A stretch of DNA of 41,117 bases, from the IMG/VR virus record IMGVR_UViG_2690316285_000010. One strand, written 5' to 3'. This DNA is from a virus. Lineage: Duplodnaviria; Heunggongvirae; Uroviricota; Caudoviricetes. Position numbers and translations under genes: made by a program. The notes under the pieces were generated by a model. It had not been told where the DNA came from, made no database searches, and saw only the letters and a list, made by a program, of their open reading frames with translations. Every line of letters starts with the position of its first letter. Within the stretch, counting starts at the first letter, position 1. Positions 1 through 7,922 of the stretch are shown piece by piece.

Positions 1-30
1 TCAAAGTGATCTACTATTCCGCGCAGCTAT

Positions 31-495
31 TTAGATTCGTCTCGCCTGCCAGAAATTTTTCTGCCAATAGACATTATCAAGTGAGGAACGCATCACTCCC
101 TTGCTGGTAGAGGCGTGGATAAATTGGTTGTTGGTATCGTAAATACCTACATGCAAACCATTTTGTCCGGAACCCGTTTTGAAAAAGACCAGGTCACCAG
201 GCAGCAACTCGTCTTTATCAATTTGCGTGCCGATAGAGGCTTGTTCTTTGGTTTCTCGGGGCAGCTGCAAATCGAAACGATCGCGCATCGTTACAACCAC
301 AAATCCCGAACAGTCCACACCGCGCCGCGTCATGCCACCATAACGATACGGCGTGCCATGCCAGCTTTGTAGCTGGTCGTTCAAACCGGCAATAACGGTA
401 ATCGAATCAGAAAGTCTGGCATTTGGCGGCGGTGCTTTATGGTGGCTACACCCGGCCAGAAACAGTGCTGTGATCAAAATAAGGCAGAAACGCAT
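31..495 (-). CDS. nlpC: NlpC/P60 family lipoprotein (peptidoglycan endopeptidase)
   Basis: 154-aa ORF with lipoprotein signal and lipobox (LFLAGC), matches my memory of E. coli NlpC; sits next to btuD as in E. coli. Confidence 0.9.
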   Translation of the reverse strand: MRFCLILITALFLAGCSHHKAPPPNARLSDSITVIAGLNDQLQSWHGTPYRYGGMTRRGVDCSGFVVVTMRDRFDLQLPRETKEQASIGTQIDKDELLPGDLVFFKTGSGQNGLHVGIYDTNNQFIHASTSKGVMRSSLDNVYWQKNFWQARRI

Positions 496-572
496 TCCGT
501 ACGGTTCCTCTGTTTTTTATTCTTGCATTAATTTAGCGTCGTAATTACCCGATTTTCAAGATACTAATGAAA

Positions 573-1322
573 TCAGATGGTCGAAATCAGCATTCTGTGA
601 CCTTCGATATCCAGACGGCGAAAATTCATCCCATAGGCCTGCGCCAGATTTGGCGGCGTGAGCACCTCTTCTCTGCGTCCACTGGCCAGCATTTTTCCAC
701 CTTTTAGCAACCACGCCCGATGCGCATGACGCAATGTGTGGTTGAGATCGTGACTGCTCATCACAATCGCCAGTCCTTGCTGACACAGAGCGCTCAGAAT
801 TTTGTCTAACGCACTTTGTTGCGCAACATCAAGACTGTTCATCGGCTCATCAAGAAGCAGCAATTGGCCTGCGGGATTGGCTTGTGGTGTGATTTGCAGC
901 ACCACCGCAGCAAGACGTACGCGTTGCCATTCACCGCCGGAAAGTTGATTGGTGCTACGTCCGAGTTTGTCATCAAGAGCCAGCGCCCCTGCGACATCAT
1001 TCAGTAGTTCGGTACGCGTTTTATCGTGCTGATGCAGTGTCAGATAGTGCCAGACCGGCATTGCAAACGGCGGCGTCTGCTGTTGTGAAAGATAGGCGCG
1101 ATGCAGCGCGAGTTTTGTTGCGGACCATGCTTCCAGTGGTTGCCCCGCGAACTGAATACTTCCCTTACCGCTGGTCATTCCGGCCATTCGTGCCAGTAAG
1201 GTACTCTTACCCGCGCCATTCGGCCCCACCAGGTGCAGGATCTCCCCAGCCCGAACCTCGCCAGAAAGTGGCCCCAGGCGGGTAGATTCCGCAACATCCT
1301 GTAACTGCATCACAATAGACAT
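573..1322 (-). CDS. btuD: vitamin B12 ABC transporter ATP-binding protein
   Basis: 249-aa ORF with Walker A (GPNGAGKST), ABC signature (LSGGEWQR) and Walker B (LLLLDEP); synteny btuC-btuE-btuD. Confidence 0.93.
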
Positions 1323-1873
1323 TATTTTGCCAACGCCAGTTTAATGCTTTCCATCACAATGGGGTCTTCCGGCGTCATATCCGGGGAAAAACGCTGGATG
1401 ACCAATCCGTCCCTGCCAACTAAAAATTTCTCAAAATTCCATAAAATATCATCAGGGTACAGCGGTGCACGACCTTTGCTGACCATACGGGCATAGAATC
1501 CGCTCTCTTCCGGCGCGACTGCGGTCGGCGCTGCGGCAATCAATTTTTGATACAGCGGATGGCGTCCTTCGCCGTTAACTTCAATCTTACTGAACATCGG
1601 GAACGTCACCCCCCATGTGGTGGTACAGTAAGTTTTAATCTCTTCATCGCTGCCCGGTTCTTGTTCCAGAAACTGGTTGCACGGGAATCCCAGCACCACA
1701 AAACCTCGATCGGCCCAGGCTTTCTGAATATTCTCCAACTGCTCATATTGCGGCGTTAAGCCACACTTTGAGGCGACATTGACAATCAACAGCACATTAC
1801 CGGCGTACTTCTCCAGCGTGGTCACTTCACCGTCGATATCTTTCACTACGGTCGTCAGAATGGAATCTTGCAT
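1322..1873 (-). CDS. btuE: glutathione peroxidase-family thiol peroxidase
   Basis: 183-aa ORF matching BtuE as I remember it; start overlaps the btuD stop region, as expected for the operon. Confidence 0.92.
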
Positions 1874-1935
1874 CGTTTCTCCTGGGTGTGGTCAGTAAAA
1901 ATCTTAGCTTTTAATCATAGACCGTCTTTTTGCGG

Positions 1936-2916
1936 CTAACGTCCTGCTTTTAACAATAACCAGATAAACACCGGCGCACCCAACGTTGCGGTGACCACGC
2001 CAATAGGCAGCTCTGCGGCAGCTAATGCCAGGCGCGCTACAATATCGGCCAGCAGCACTGCGCTCGCCCCTGCCAGCGCGCAGCCGGGAAGTAATACGCG
2101 ATGATCGGTTAAACCACACAACCGAAGAATATGTGGGATCACCAGACCAATAAAGCCGATAGCACCCGCCAGCGCCACACTGACGCCAACCATCCAGCCG
2201 GTCGCTGCCACCAGCACATTGCGCCAGAACCACAGGGGTAAACCCAGTTGCCGCGCCGAGATCTCGCCAAGTGCTAACATATTCATCGGCCTGGACTGAC
2301 AACAGATCCACAACAACACGGGGATCAATGCCAGCATCAGCCAGCTTTGCCGCCAGTCTACGCCGCCAAAACCGCCCATCATCCAGTACATCAGCTGACG
2401 TAAATCAACAGAGGTGGAAAAGTAGATAGCCCACGTCATTAGTGCGCTACAGATAATCCCTAATGCAACGCCAGCCAGCAATAACCGACTGGTCGAAAGA
2501 TGACGACGGGCGAAACGTAAGAGTATTAAAGTGATGATAAGCGCGCCAGCAATCGCACACAGCCCTAGCGCCCAGTTGGGGAGTTGCCCTTGCCCAAGCA
2601 ATACCGCGGCGATAAGCCCCACGCCTGCGCCGTTAGAGACGCCAAGTAGTCCAGGTTCTGCCAGAGGATTTTCAAACAACGCCTGCATTACAGCGCCGGA
2701 TATAGCCAGCGCCGCACCAACCAGCAATACAGCCAGCGTACGTGGCAGGCGAATTTGCCAGACGAACAGTTCGCCACGAGGAGTAAACCAGTCACCTGGC
2801 GAAATCCATTGTTCACCGGCGCAAAGGCTTAAGAGAAGCGCCAGCAGCATCAAAACTGACAGGCATAATAACCAGCGAATATTTTGTCGCTGTTGTTGGC
2901 GGGCAAGTGTCAGCAT
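1936..2916 (-). CDS. btuC: vitamin B12 ABC transporter permease
   Basis: 326-aa polytopic membrane ORF, FecCD-type permease; first gene of the btuCED operon. Confidence 0.93.
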   Translation of the reverse strand: MLTLARQQQRQNIRWLLCLSVLMLLALLLSLCAGEQWISPGDWFTPRGELFVWQIRLPRTLAVLLVGAALAISGAVMQALFENPLAEPGLLGVSNGAGVGLIAAVLLGQGQLPNWALGLCAIAGALIITLILLRFARRHLSTSRLLLAGVALGIICSALMTWAIYFSTSVDLRQLMYWMMGGFGGVDWRQSWLMLALIPVLLWICCQSRPMNMLALGEISARQLGLPLWFWRNVLVAATGWMVGVSVALAGAIGFIGLVIPHILRLCGLTDHRVLLPGCALAGASAVLLADIVARLALAAAELPIGVVTATLGAPVFIWLLLKAGR

Positions 2917-2972
2917 GGTATCCGTTCTGCTGAAGTGTCATGGCGTTGATTTTACGGTGACTCTTCGACAGT

Positions 2973-2999
2973 GAAAAGAAAAAAGGCCGCAGAGCGGCC
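2973..2999 (-). terminator. rho-independent terminator (minus-strand orientation)
   Basis: GGCCGC-AGAG-CGGCC hairpin at 2985-2999; on the minus strand it is followed by TTTTTTCTTTTC. Lies between the stop of ORF 3109-3663 and the btuC start. Confidence 0.6.
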
Positions 3000-3108
3000 A
3001 TAAACACAAACAAAAATCAATAAGTTAGGTAATTATCAAAGACTTACAGACACACAAAAACACAGCCAACCACAACAAATAACAGAGATGTGGTCAATTT
3101 GTGGATCA

Positions 3109-3663
3109 TCAGCCAACAAATTTAGCAACAAATACAGCAACCGCCGCTGTGAAAATGGTTGTGCACACTGGCACAATAATGCCACTCCAACGCCACTTCG
3201 TATTATCATCAACCTTGTCAAACCGCCGATTCATCTCATCCATAATCTTGTCAAAGCGTTTATCCATCGCTTCGGTAAGCTCACCCTTCAGGCTGTTAAT
3301 GTCTGATTTGAGCTGCTCTTTCAGGTTAGCTGTATCAGATTTAAGCTCACCTTTCAGATTCGCAATATCGCATTCAAGATCACCTTTCAGATGTGCTATG
3401 TCTGCTTTGAGTTCACCTTTCACCTCACCAACATCGGCTTTAGTTGAGAGGTTTGTAGTGCGTTCAGCAAGCGTCGCAAGGTCGTTTCTTGTTAGCGATA
3501 AATCACCTTCGAGCCGCTCAATTCGCCTTTCAAGTTTATCTGACATTCCGCCTCCACTACTGCCGCCATCGCCACCATGATAAAGCACATCACGCTCAGA
3601 ATGCGACACACTACCTGCTGAATTACCGAAAAGATTTCTTGCTACATTACCCATTATCACCAT
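3109..3663 (-). CDS. hypothetical membrane-anchored protein with five 11-residue repeats and a C-terminal transmembrane helix
   Basis: ORF track. Translation shows Gly-rich N-terminus, ~5 tandem 11-aa repeats (KADIAHLKGDL/ECDIANLKGEL...) and a C-terminal hydrophobic helix. A better-supported start may be the ATG at 3546 (GGAGG 5 nt upstream), giving 145 aa. Confidence 0.5.
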   Translation of the reverse strand: MVIMGNVARNLFGNSAGSVSHSERDVLYHGGDGGSSGGGMSDKLERRIERLEGDLSLTRNDLATLAERTTNLSTKADVGEVKGELKADIAHLKGDLECDIANLKGELKSDTANLKEQLKSDINSLKGELTEAMDKRFDKIMDEMNRRFDKVDDNTKWRWSGIIVPVCTTIFTAAVAVFVAKFVG

Positions 3664-4147
3664 CCTGCGCTTTGTCTTTCTCCAACCACTTCAGCACCGC
3701 AGACGTACGATAAAGGCTCAGGTAACCACAATTCAGGCAATGCAGCGTGTAATAAGTTTTGCGCATATCAGGTATGCTCTTAACATCACCCAAAAAAGCA
3801 TAAGATACATAATGCTTTATGTTCTCTTTAATTAACTCACTCTGTTCCTCCAGGGGTAGATTGTTAAAATTTTCTGGTTTCTTATTTTTATCCCAGCAAA
3901 GATCCATACTTTCTGGAACAGATAATCGCGACGATCCACATGAAGGGCAGACACTGGAGACCCCCTTCTCAGACAAGAAACGGAAGAAGATTTCTGGCGT
4001 AATCTCCATCAGCCGCTCTTTATGTTTTTTGACACGACTCATCGACTTCTTATTGATTTCATCAGCTTCTTCTTTGCATTTATCTTCTATATATTTCGAT
4101 AGTAAATAGTCATATAACTCTTTTTTTGTAGGTTTTTTTATTTCCAT
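3647..4147 (-). CDS. hypothetical Lys-rich protein with two CxxCG motifs (possible zinc ribbon)
   Basis: 166-aa ORF directly downstream of int; visibly AT-rich coding sequence unlike its surroundings; CPSCG ... CLNCG motifs. No family recognised. Confidence 0.5.
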   Translation of the reverse strand: MEIKKPTKKELYDYLLSKYIEDKCKEEADEINKKSMSRVKKHKERLMEITPEIFFRFLSEKGVSSVCPSCGSSRLSVPESMDLCWDKNKKPENFNNLPLEEQSELIKENIKHYVSYAFLGDVKSIPDMRKTYYTLHCLNCGYLSLYRTSAVLKWLEKDKAQDGDNG

Positions 4148-4149
4148 AG

Positions 4150-5127
4150 TTACATTCCTCCCAAGGGATTAAACCTCACCGCATCCTGCAAGTAATCCGG
4201 CGCAAGATGGGAATAAATCATCGTTGTCTGAATCTTTGCGTGCCCCAGAATTTTCTGGAGCGTCAGAATATTGCCGCCGTTCATCATGAAATGACTGGCG
4301 AAGGTGTGGCGCAGCGCATGAACAGCCTGGCCGTCAGGAACATCAGGTGCGACCGTTTTGATGACATCGCGAACCAATGAATAATCCAGCGTCGGAAACA
4401 CCAGTTTCCCGCCCCGTTTTTTGATCTTTTCAAACAGGCTTTCAGAAATAGGAACGGTACGGTTTTTGCTGTTCTTCGTTTTTGAAAAAGTGATTCGACA
4501 ATGAAGAACACGGCGCTGCTCCAGTGCCGCTACCTCGCCCCATCGCGCCCCGGTCGACAGAAGGATTTCGACGGCCAGCCGTTCATCGGGATTTTCAGCC
4601 AGTGCATCCAGCAACTGAACACATTCAGACTTACTCAGATATCCCATTTCACGCTCGTTAACCTTCATTCCTTTAAGGCCTTGAACGGGGTTATCGTTAA
4701 GAAAATGGCCGGATGAGATGAGTGCGGTAAACATCGCGCTTAACGCCCCAATCTCTCGATTTATGGTGCTGGGCTGTATCCCCTGCTCTATCCTGGACAC
4801 ACGTAGCTCGGTGAGCATCGTTGTATTAAGTTTATGCACGCACGGGTCATCCATTGCCTCACTCAAGCGCAGCAATTTAAGGCGCGTGTTATGCCCTGAC
4901 TTCATTAGCTGGCCGTGGTATTTCCACCACAAGTCAATAAGCACTGACAGCGGACGGCGATCAATGGAGTTTCCTTTCCACTCATTGTTATGCTGTTGCG
5001 CCAGCACCCACCGCTCATATAAAACTGCATCCGATTTCGTTTTAAATTTTTTGCGAATGCGTTTGCCTTTACGCCCCTCAGGACGCATGTCAAGAAGATA
5101 CCCTCCCGGAATTGATTTTATGCTCAT
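4150..5127 (-). CDS. int: P2-type tyrosine integrase
   Basis: Strong similarity to P2/186 integrase as remembered, including the C-terminal HxxR...Y catalytic region (HALRHTFASHF ... MIYSHL). Start placed at MSIKS by alignment to P2 Int; the ORF-track start at 5277 is an upstream in-frame extension. Confidence 0.9.
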   Translation of the reverse strand: MSIKSIPGGYLLDMRPEGRKGKRIRKKFKTKSDAVLYERWVLAQQHNNEWKGNSIDRRPLSVLIDLWWKYHGQLMKSGHNTRLKLLRLSEAMDDPCVHKLNTTMLTELRVSRIEQGIQPSTINREIGALSAMFTALISSGHFLNDNPVQGLKGMKVNEREMGYLSKSECVQLLDALAENPDERLAVEILLSTGARWGEVAALEQRRVLHCRITFSKTKNSKNRTVPISESLFEKIKKRGGKLVFPTLDYSLVRDVIKTVAPDVPDGQAVHALRHTFASHFMMNGGNILTLQKILGHAKIQTTMIYSHLAPDYLQDAVRFNPLGGM

Positions 5128-5176
5128 TCGTGAAGCCCCAGCGTTACAAGACCACCATGCCCCCAGCGTTCCATGA

Positions 5177-5488
5177 TTAGCCGGGCTGTGTGCCAGTCTT
5201 GCGGGATTTTTGAGAAGACGATGTGTTTTCTGGCCCATCAGGGGAGAGAGAAGGACTGATCTGCCCAGCAGCCTCATTTGTTTCGTTACTCATCAACCAC
5301 GTAGTGTATTTTTTAAATTCCGGGTGCATTGTGATTTTCAGTAAAACCTCCGTTCCCACACCTCGAATACCAGTCTCGTATTGCTTAACCGTACCAACCG
5401 CAATACCTATTGAATCCGCGAACTTTGCCTGACTAAGCCCCTCAGATTCTCGAATTGCTTTTAGCTTCTTTGATATCTCTATTGACAT
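5177..5488 (-). CDS. P2 C-type immunity repressor (HTH)
   Basis: Small HTH protein (start at MSIEIS) upstream of and co-oriented with int, divergent from the early operon; resembles P2 C in size and layout. Confidence 0.7.
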   Translation of the reverse strand: MSIEISKKLKAIRESEGLSQAKFADSIGIAVGTVKQYETGIRGVGTEVLLKITMHPEFKKYTTWLMSNETNEAAGQISPSLSPDGPENTSSSQKSRKTGTQPG

Positions 5489-5511
5489 GGTGTGCACCTG
5501 AATACTATATT
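5482..5511 (+). promoter_or_regulatory. candidate sigma70 early promoter (Pe-like)
   Basis: TTGACA at 5482-5487, 18-bp spacer, TATATT at 5506-5511, facing the cox-like gene. Flanked by inverted GGTGTG...CCT...TA repeats at 5489-5504 and 5557-5575. Confidence 0.5.
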
Positions 5512-5583
5512 GGTTATCAGTTGAGTACCACTTGACGCTACAAAGAGCCACAAATAGCACCAGATTGAATAGGTTATCACACC

Positions 5584-5862
5584 ATGGCAAAAGTCCTTAA
5601 CACATACGAACAAGCGGATTTTGAGCGTTTGGCGGCGTTCTACCCATACCGTAATGAACATGGGCTACCGGTACTTGAAGAAAGCCTAGAGGATTATGCG
5701 AAACGCACAAATCAAAGCATTCTCGCTGTAAGAAGGCAGGCTGATAGATCGGTAATTCCCGTTACTCAAGAAGGAAGAAACACAAAACGCAAAGTAAATC
5801 TCTTCGCAATTTTCCTGAAAACCATCAGAAACGCAGAGAAATACGTGCAGATGACAAAATAA
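5584..5862 (+). CDS. putative Cox/Apl-like early regulator
   Basis: 92-aa first gene of the rightward early operon, divergent from the repressor; called by position only, sequence does not match P2 Cox as I remember it. Confidence 0.4.
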   Translation: MAKVLNTYEQADFERLAAFYPYRNEHGLPVLEESLEDYAKRTNQSILAVRRQADRSVIPVTQEGRNTKRKVNLFAIFLKTIRNAEKYVQMTK

Positions 5863-5876
5863 CGAGGTGTCATTTT

Positions 5877-6215
5877 ATGCTGAAGCAACGCCGTAATTTT
5901 TGTACCGGAACAGAACGCCACGCTAACCGTTTCACTACCAGTGCATCACGCAGCAACATCCGCTACAGCCTGAGTGATACACACGCAACGCCGGATGGCT
6001 ACCCAGTAAAACAAATCGGCGAGCACGCCTGGCTGATTGAGAAAGCTGGAATCGTGATCCACAAATGCCCACGCAATCCGTTTACCGGAAACCGCATTTT
6101 TGCACTGAGCTGTGGCGACAATCAGTTCGGGCAGGATTTCACATTATACGAAGCACTTCGCACGGTTGATCGTCTGCTTCGCGGGCAAAGTTTTATTAAA
6201 CAGGCTGATTTATAA
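5877..6215 (+). CDS. hypothetical early-region protein
   Basis: ORF track; GAGGTG upstream of ATG; co-oriented in early operon. Confidence 0.5.
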   Translation: MLKQRRNFCTGTERHANRFTTSASRSNIRYSLSDTHATPDGYPVKQIGEHAWLIEKAGIVIHKCPRNPFTGNRIFALSCGDNQFGQDFTLYEALRTVDRLLRGQSFIKQADL

Positions 6216-6225
6216 CAGGTGCTTT

Positions 6226-6513
6226 ATGACCAAAGACAATGCACAAGGTGTATTTATCCGTTTTATTGATTTTCGCGGTGAACTGTTATTACGTGCATCC
6301 GCTATTGACGGAGTGACTCCGGCGGGTAAAAACGGAGCCGACGAAGCCACTTACGTTTATCTGAACGGCACGCGACTGCTTGTGGAACTTCCGTACCAGA
6401 CCGTACGAGAAATCATCAGCGAAGATGAAAAGGCACGCCAGGTTAATGGCGATGAACCCTATATCGAAATTATTTGTATGGATTCAGAAGCTGAAATACA
6501 GAAAGCAGATTAA
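6226..6513 (+). CDS. hypothetical early-region protein
   Basis: Internal ATG at 6226 chosen so the gene does not overlap the previous ORF (ORF track lists 6112-6513). Confidence 0.45.
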   Translation: MTKDNAQGVFIRFIDFRGELLLRASAIDGVTPAGKNGADEATYVYLNGTRLLVELPYQTVREIISEDEKARQVNGDEPYIEIICMDSEAEIQKAD

Positions 6514-6524
6514 AGGGCGTTGTG

Positions 6525-6767
6525 ATGGGCAAAGAATATAAAACTCTCATTAACAAAGCACTTGAGCGTTTTTATTTTCGCTTAAGTGCATCAGGCGCTC
6601 ATGCTGAACGTGCGGCCCGTGACTCATTGACCAGAGCAATCCGAAGTCTGTATGACGTGGCTTTTTACGCTGATGATCTGGATGCACTTAACGAACTTTC
6701 CGAGCTGATCTGTGCCGCAGAATGCGGGGAACATATTGAACCGTATAAGCTGGGAAATATCGCATGA
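6525..6767 (+). CDS. hypothetical early-region protein
   Basis: ORF track (GTG 6522 / ATG 6525). Confidence 0.45.
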   Translation: MGKEYKTLINKALERFYFRLSASGAHAERAARDSLTRAIRSLYDVAFYADDLDALNELSELICAAECGEHIEPYKLGNIA

Positions 6768-6877
6768 GTATATTTATTTCATGGCTTGTTCTGATTATTT
6801 CGGTGGTCTGCGCCATTGGGATTATGCGAATTATTAATTCAGTAAAAAAGATTGAACGCTTTTTCACTGAAGAATAA
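6764..6877 (+). CDS. possible small hydrophobic protein (37 aa)
   Basis: ATG at 6764 overlapping the previous stop; translation MSIFISWLVLIISVVCAIGIMRIINSVKKIERFFTEE is one transmembrane helix. Too short for the ORF track. Confidence 0.3.
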   Translation: MSIFISWLVLIISVVCAIGIMRIINSVKKIERFFTEE

Positions 6878-6963
6878 CCGCGCAAATAAGACCCCAGGTT
6901 AAATAAGAAAATGTGAAAACAATCCGCATTCGCGGAGGTATTCGCACACGCCAAGGAGGCGTA

Positions 6964-7167
6964 ATGGCAATTAAGCATTTTCCTGTCGTTCGTTTCACCT
7001 CCAGAGGACGTGAATACGAAGTTGACGAACGCCTGATTACCACAATCGACAAACACCGTTCAGAAAAGGATGCACATCATATCTATCTCACTGACGGCAC
7101 TTACTTCTGCGCCACCAACGTGGTGCAGGTGAATCTTATCAGACAGGTACAGGAGTCACGCAGATGA
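6964..7167 (+). CDS. hypothetical early-region protein
   Basis: ATG at 6964 preceded by AGGAGG; ORF track lists the longer 6913-7167. Confidence 0.45.
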   Translation: MAIKHFPVVRFTSRGREYEVDERLITTIDKHRSEKDAHHIYLTDGTYFCATNVVQVNLIRQVQESRR

Positions 7168-7409
7168 CCATTCTGGACTACATCGCTGCCAATCCGGGTT
7201 GTAGCAGTGGAGAAATCGCCGCAGCACTGAATACACCAACCACAACCATTAATGCGGAGCTACGCCGTCTCTGGCGCAGCGGTTTAGTCACAAGAAAAGA
7301 GCGCAAAACAGGCGGTCGCTTTTCTTATCAGGTAAACCTGATGCCGTTTGGGTGTAGCAACCCACTAACCCAGATGTTCAACCAGCTACTGAGGGAAATC
7401 AGAGCATGA
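7164..7409 (+). CDS. putative winged-helix DNA-binding protein
   Basis: 81-aa ORF; central segment (SSGEIAAALNTPTTTINAELRRLWRSGLV) looks like an HTH. Start overlaps the previous stop. Confidence 0.4.
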   Translation: MTILDYIAANPGCSSGEIAAALNTPTTTINAELRRLWRSGLVTRKERKTGGRFSYQVNLMPFGCSNPLTQMFNQLLREIRA

Positions 7410-7550
7410 GCACCTCCAACTGCCGGAAACCACGTCGGGCTTCAGCAGCTCATCCGGCAGCAAAACAAACTCCATTAATTCCTGTTCCGGGCCTTTCCTG
7501 CACCTTGCGGCGGGAGGCCTTCGCACATCTGTAACAAGAGGATTGCCGCA

Positions 7551-7916
7551 ATGATTCTCGCCAACGACTTTCTTGAATACCTGCTCAACACAGAGCGTGA
7601 TCTTGCCGCTCGCGTGCGTGATCGTTATGACATGTACCTGAAATCCCTGCCTGTACCGCAGCTCGCTGACGGAAAGATTGTTATTGATGGTCGCTACATG
7701 ATTGACAGCCACGAGGGAAATTACAGGCTTTACCGCATTGAAGGTGGCACCCCGTCCGTTATTGGCATTTACCAGCGCCCATCCTCTGCAATCGTCGATG
7801 TGATTGCCGACAGCATCCGCATCACACATCGCCATGCCGACACAGAAGACACCGTGCTGGAAATTCAGCGGCTGGCTACAGTCTGCCGCGACACCCTGAA
7901 TGGCATGACGAAGTAA
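7551..7916 (+). CDS. hypothetical protein preceding replication gene A
   Basis: ORF track; position is that of the small ORFs upstream of A in P2-like phages. Confidence 0.45.
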   Translation: MILANDFLEYLLNTERDLAARVRDRYDMYLKSLPVPQLADGKIVIDGRYMIDSHEGNYRLYRIEGGTPSVIGIYQRPSSAIVDVIADSIRITHRHADTEDTVLEIQRLATVCRDTLNGMTK

Positions 7917-7922
7917 ATCACT

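Noticed and set aside
3280-3445. 33-bp tandem repeats, considered as a CRISPR array or VNTR
   Set aside because: They are in frame inside ORF 3109-3663 and encode 11-residue protein repeats; no spacer/repeat alternation.
5128-5277. 50-codon N-terminal extension of the integrase ORF
   Set aside because: Alignment to P2 Int places the start at MSIKS (5127); the upstream in-frame sequence is just open reading without a stop.
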